The position numbers and the translations under genes were made by a program. Positions 62,759 to 64,000 of a stretch of 64,000 nucleotides of DNA are shown piece after piece. Every line of letters starts with the position of its first letter. The first letter of the stretch is position 1. Source of the DNA: Cenococcum geophilum (taxonomy: Eukaryota); NCBI GenBank assembly GCA_050273025.1, contig CP158635.1:6820001-6884000 (forward strand), read 5' to 3'. The notes under the pieces are model-generated. The model ran no database searches. It had not been told where the DNA came from and saw only the letters and a program-made list of their open reading frames with translations.

Positions 62759-64000
62759 ATGGCGTCTGCAATCTGGGCAGGCCCGGGCAAATCCACATCC
62801 CGCCACAGCTCTCCCGACTCCGCTATCGTAGACCCTAAACAGACGGACAAGTACCTCCTACAAGTCACAGCTGGACCTTCCTACGATCAATCAACGCACA
62901 AGGTGGTCAATGTCAACAGCGATGAGGCAATTTTTGTCGAGAACGATTTGATGGCTTGCTGGATAAAGGTCCGCATACGCGACTACCACGGTAAATACCA
63001 CTCGGCGAGCCAGTGTGCTCAGCCAGATCGAGAAAGGCTTGAGAGTTGCGATAGCTGATTACTCCAGGCCTCCCAAAATCTTCTCCGCCCACAAACGATT
63101 ACTTTTCGCACCCAATGCACCAGTCCGATCGCTACTCCATTGGCTACTCATTCGTGCCGAAGAAGCCTATACCCGGCAAGGACGTGGTCATGGGCTTTGA
63201 CTTTGACCGCCCGATTCGTGATCGCCTCCCGCCAGGTTTCAAAACCGCCATGAAAATCGTCACCACGATTCTGGATCCTGGAATTTACAGTGATCCATAC
63301 TCAGACAAACCATATCTTTACGGCCCCGCGCTCTCAAGTTTCTTTGTTTTCAGGATCGGCGAGCACGTAACTGAGACTCCAGTGGAGAAGCAGCTCGCGG
63401 ATGCTCTGCAAAAAGACAGTGCCGGCGTAATTGTGGAGGGTGCGGATGGGAGTGGGCAGAGGATTCGAGAGGAGCACAACTTACCCATCCGACCGGAAAA
63501 GCGGCGGAAGAATTTCCTGAAGAAGGACAATATAGAAATTTTTGAATTCGAGGAGGGAAGATTGTACCAGGCCGATTTCTTCAACCCGTATTTGGATTTT
63601 GCAAGTAAGTCGCATGGTCTTAGAAATGAACGCCGGGGTTAGCTGATGAATGCTTAGATTTCGCGCTGAGAATTCCAGGCTTCTCGATATCTATTGCAAA
63701 ATACATCGACGACAAAACGCATACGTTGCGCTATGTGCTCAAGAACCGTAACACCGGCGAGGTGTACTTTCTCGTTGTATTCACCCTGCTCTTCGGCGAA
63801 AACTTGGAGGCTACGTTGAAAGATGAGAAGGTCAGGTCAGGTCAGAGTTCCATGAGCGAATCGCCGAGAGAAAGCCAGTCGTCACCTAACAGCATCCGAC
63901 TGCACCCCAATATCAGCGTCGAAAAAGATCAGCCCCAACTTACCAGCACAAATGACGCTAAGGCGGTCGTAGACTCACAGCAAACAAACCAATCAGACAC
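62759..64000 (+). CDS. DUF1769 (UPF0590-like) protein, 3' end beyond the window
   Basis: Exons 62759-62990, 63068-63604 and 63658 onward with GT-AG introns. Motifs YLLQVTAGPSYD, VRIRDYHGLP, FDRPIRDRLPPGF, DFFNPYLDFA.FALRIPGF and LRYVLKN. The frame stays open to 64000. Confidence 0.88.

Overview
Eukaryotic DNA, most likely from a filamentous ascomycete (Pezizomycotina). Evidence: spliceosomal introns, a HET-domain gene and pervasive RIP (CpA->TpA / TpG->TpA) mutation. About 51 kb is an AT-rich, RIP-degraded nest of transposons whose boundaries can mostly be resolved to the base from target-site duplications (TSDs). It holds three full-length GalEa-type Copia elements, two related chromodomain Gypsy elements, a hAT element, a Helitron2-type element, PIF/Harbinger-like and pogo/Fot1-like MITEs, LINE fragments, solo LTRs, and a ~27 kb block bracketed by long inverted ends next to a DUF6589-like relic. 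One intact gene (HeLo-like N-terminus plus ankyrin repeats) sits as an island at 21950-23905. From 51.6 kb the window is gene-rich: msrB (GC-AG intron), an MFS transporter, a HET-domain gene with a nonsense codon and a repeat-induced frameshift, a SET/post-SET protein and a DUF1769 protein running off the end. The most interesting signals are a conserved structured RNA-like element in the 3' UTR of two different Copia families, an antisense Cys6 ORF carried by both Gypsy elements, the repeat-controlled reading frame of the HET gene, and the long-TIR block between two divergent genes. All protein calls come from motif recognition by eye, with manual reversal of RIP changes; no database searches were run.
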